DNA from: Malacoraja senta | Lineage: Eukaryota | Reading direction: 5' to 3' | Assembly (NCBI GenBank): GCA_038087875.1 | Contig: CM075989.1 | Location: 18,478,001 to 18,542,000, forward strand | Length of the DNA stretch: 64,000 nt | Part shown: piece after piece, positions 62,401 to 64,000 of the stretch | How the letters are laid out: each line of letters opens with the position of its first letter | Numbering within the stretch: the stretch's first letter is position 1 | Program-made: the position numbers and the translations under genes | The notes under the pieces: generated by a model | Told to the model about the DNA's origin: nothing | What the model saw: the letters and a program-made list of their open reading frames with translations, nothing else | The model's database searches: none

Positions 62401-62781
62401 GCCCTGGATTTGTCTGCCTACCACTTATACTTTTCACCTTACTACCTATAGGTTCTACCCTTATTTTACACCCCTCTGTCTCTCTGCTCACACATTTAAG
62501 AAACCCACCACCTCTTATTCTCTGTTTATTATCTTTTTCTTCTTTCCCACCTACATGTTGGGTGCTTCCCTTCTCTGCCTCCTGCCTCACACCCTGTCTA
62601 CTAGCTTTCTCTATTTGAATCCCTCCCCCCAACCGTTCTAGTTTAAAGTCTCCCCAGTAGCCTTTGCAAATCTCCCCACCAGGATATTTTTCCCCCATCG
62701 GTTTCAAGTGCAACCCGTCCTTTTTGTACAGGTCACACCTTCCCCAAAAGAGGTCCCAATGATCCAGGAACTGGAATCCCT
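59463..62781 (-). mobile_element. CR1/HER1-type LINE, ~3.3 kb, 5'-truncated: end of ORF1 (SGNH esterase) plus frameshifted ORF2 (APE endonuclease and RT)
   Basis: ORF1 tail [95 protein letters not shown]; 3' UTR with (TCTATG)-type tail. Confidence 0.97.
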
Positions 62782-63599
62782 AGCCCTTCGTCACCTATTC
62801 CTTTTCTCCAGGAGATGCTGCCTGACCCGCTGAGTTACTCCAGCATTTTGTGTCCATCTTCAGTATAAACCAGCATCTGCAGTTCCTTCCTACACATTCC
62901 ATACAGACAGTGCCTAGAGTCAGGATCACATCCGGCTATCTGTAAGGCAGCAACTCTACTCTTTCTGTTGTAAAGTGATTTCTGCCCAATTGGAAACTGA
63001 TTCATTGCTGGTCTTCAGGGGATCTGAACTCCATGATAATGTTAGAACTGTAGCTTTTACAAAAAAAATTTAACCAAGAGGTTTCGGAGTTAAATCTTCT
63101 TTGGGGCCTTTACTGGCTTGAACACTTTAGTATGGATACTTCTCAGACCCTTTAATTCGGGAACAATCCCAGTGCAAATGAAGTGAAATCCTCTGCATCT
63201 TTGAGACAAAGGTACCGGCTGAGTTTGTAAATCCCTGGAGAAACCAATCTACATAATAATGAGCACATTATAAATTTGCTGTAAGCTCGCGTTAAGTAAT
63301 AATTTGCCTAATGCTTATACGAGCTTCTGGATATTTCCTCATACGTGTGGTGATGATGAATAGCCATTAAGTAGAATTTTTTTCCCCATACATCTCGGAT
63401 TGTAATTTTACCAAAAGATAAAGGGATATAGAACGGAGGGATTGACAGCAAAATGGAGATTAAAATTAGTTTGAAAACCAGAACTTCTGATGCTGCAATA
63501 AGGTATTAAAAAAAAAAGTGAAACTGGCCAGGTACATCTGTGGCAAGAGAAATGGGTGATATTTTGGGCTGCAGTTCTGTCAATAGAACATGGTATTGG

Positions 63600-63917
63600 T
63601 TTTTAGTTTTAGAGATACAGCGTGGAAACAGGCCCTCCGGCCCACCGAGTCCGCACCGACCAGCGATCCACGCACACTAACACTATCCTACACACCTTAG
63701 GGACAATTTTACACTTATACCAAGTCAATTAGCCAAGAAACCTGTACATATTTGGAGTGTGGGAGGAAACCGAAGATCTCGGAGAAAAACCCACGCGGGT
63801 CACGGGGAGAACGTACAAAATCCGTACAGACAGCACCCGTAGTGGGGATCGAACCCGGGTCCCTGGCGCTGCATTCGCTGTAAGGCAGCAACTCTATCGC
63901 TGCGCCATCCGTGCCCC
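63600..63917 (-). mobile_element. Full-length HE1-type SINE
   Basis: Consensus in reverse including the B-box (GGATCGAACC on +). Confidence 0.9.
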
Positions 63918-64000
63918 CCCAAACCATCAACCTGAAATGTTAGCTCCTGTTTGTATGTTAACTGGTGACCACTTCATAACACATCAGTCTGAAGAAGGGT

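Noticed and set aside
59463..62781. Intact active LINE or host CDS
   Set aside because: ORF2 is broken into several frames and the element is 5'-truncated within ORF1.

Overview
Repeat-dense, apparently non-coding (intergenic or deep intronic) vertebrate DNA. The repeat set (HE1-type tRNA SINEs, CR1/HER1-type LINEs, abundant Penelope-like pLTRs) points to an elasmobranch (skate/ray/shark); this is inference from recalled repeat families. I could not support any host protein-coding exon. Every recognisable ORF is a retroelement fragment (CR1, L2, Rex/Babar, RTE, Penelope GIY-YIG) or a microsatellite artefact. Main signals: (1) a ~140-nt TSD-flanked retroposon, in two copies (44024-44164 +, 34013-34158 -), whose first 54 nt fold into a minimal HDV/CPEB3-type self-cleaving ribozyme beginning exactly at the insertion's 5' end; (2) many Penelope-derived mini-insertions carrying a minimal type I hammerhead core, with 9-15 bp TSDs, palindromic layouts and one apparent local 3' transduction; (3) a non-autonomous Helitron carrying a correctly spaced CCAAT/GC-box/TATA/Inr cassette and splice donors, nested in a second Helitron-like element; (4) Harbinger-type MITEs whose 3-bp TSDs can be read against their host repeats. 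A 200-N assembly gap lies at 28096-28295. Family names come from motif recognition, not database searches, and many boundaries are approximate.
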